Source of the DNA: Candidatus Latescibacterota bacterium
Lineage (GTDB): Bacteria > Latescibacterota > UBA2968 > GCA-2709665
Assembly: GCA_965248435.1 (NCBI GenBank)
Contig: OZ252100.1
Coordinates: 320,001 to 384,000, forward strand
Length of the DNA stretch: 64,000 bases
Reading direction: 5' to 3'
Positions 63,458 through 64,000 of this stretch are shown here, one piece after another. Position numbers and translations under genes: made by a program. The notes beneath the pieces are model-generated. The model searched no databases. It was given only the letters and a program-made list of their open reading frames with translations, and was not told where the DNA came from. Every line of letters starts with the position of its first letter. Position 1 is the first letter of the stretch.

Positions 63458-64000
63458 GTGCAAATTCAGACATTCGAAGCAAACGAGCTTCCGCGCGGAG
63501 AAAAGAGGACGGGATGGCTGGACGTCGCCTCCAGGCCGGATGGAGGGGCCTGGAGATTGCCTCTGCTCTATGTCACCGGCACCAACCCCGGTCCCCTGCT
63601 CCTGGTCACGGCCGGGGTCCACGGGAATGAATACGAAGGCATCGAGGCGATCCCCCGAATCTTCGAGCAGGTGCAGCCGGACGGTTTGAAGGGCACGCTG
63701 CTGATGGTCTCCGGCTGCAACATGCCCGCATACGAGGCCGGCACCCGCAGCAGCCCGGTCGACGGCCTCAACCTGGCGCGCGTCTTTCCGGGCGATGCAG
63801 AAGGCACGATCAGCCAGCGAATCGCCTACTGGCTCGCGCACAAGGTGATCAAACCGGCCGACCTTTTTATCGATCTCCACAGTGCCGGCTTTGACGACGA
63901 CATTCCCATGATGATCGGATATCCACGCCTCGACGATGAACGTGGCGAGAGGGCCCTGGCTGCAGCCCGTGCGTTCGGGGCGCCCGTACTCTGGGGACAT
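63458..64000 (+). CDS. Succinylglutamate desuccinylase/aspartoacylase (M14) family protein, partial
   Basis: Not in the ORF track (runs off the end). GTG start after GAGAGG; AGVHGNEYEG, NLARVFPG and IDLHSAG motifs. Confidence 0.88.
   Translation, partial: MQIQTFEANELPRGEKRTGWLDVASRPDGGAWRLPLLYVTGTNPGPLLLVTAGVHGNEYEGIEAIPRIFEQVQPDGLKGTLLMVSGCNMPAYEAGTRSSPVDGLNLARVFPGDAEGTISQRIAYWLAHKVIKPADLFIDLHSAGFDDDIPMMIGYPRLDDERGERALAAARAFGAPVLWGH

Noticed and set aside
63338-64000. Minus-strand 220-aa ORF
   Set aside because: Shadow of the plus-strand M14 deacylase with HGNE and DLH motifs.

Overview
High-GC bacterial chromosomal window with about 50 CDS. I found no rRNA, tRNA or CRISPR. Several secreted proteins carry EF-hand/dockerin-like 'DFxGxGxVDFxDFVxFA' tags, and there are many sugar/amide catabolic enzymes; this suggests a Latescibacterota-like organism (inference only). 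Core content: NHL- and BNR-repeat proteins, sppA, an enolase-superfamily dehydratase, two ABC exporters plus DUF1854, a double-length uvrA coupled to an orphan adenine MTase, ilvE, a GH4 hydrolase, an amidase and a RelE/RHH toxin-antitoxin pair. Signals the ORF track misses: (1) a UxxC selenoprotein (DUF3179) with in-frame TGA and SECIS-like hairpin; (2) a promoter, 11-aa uORF (MKVLGGGTLFI) and terminator in front of the ABC/DUF1854 operon; (3) a 175-bp REPIN tandem array next to a RAYT gene, plus two GIY-YIG genes each with its own repeat family; (4) a candidate sRNA at about 39.3-39.46 kb; (5) a lower-GC, defence-like island (41.4-47.3 kb) containing a hidden Pro-rich peptide overlapping a membrane gene, a HEPN gene split at CGA-AAG, and a DUF262/RelA-SpoT deletion junction, with three diverged copies of a CBS gene 3' end in and beside it; (6) an 1,800-bp diverged duplication joined by an in-frame chimeric 59-aa ORF. 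All family calls come from motif recognition, not database searches.
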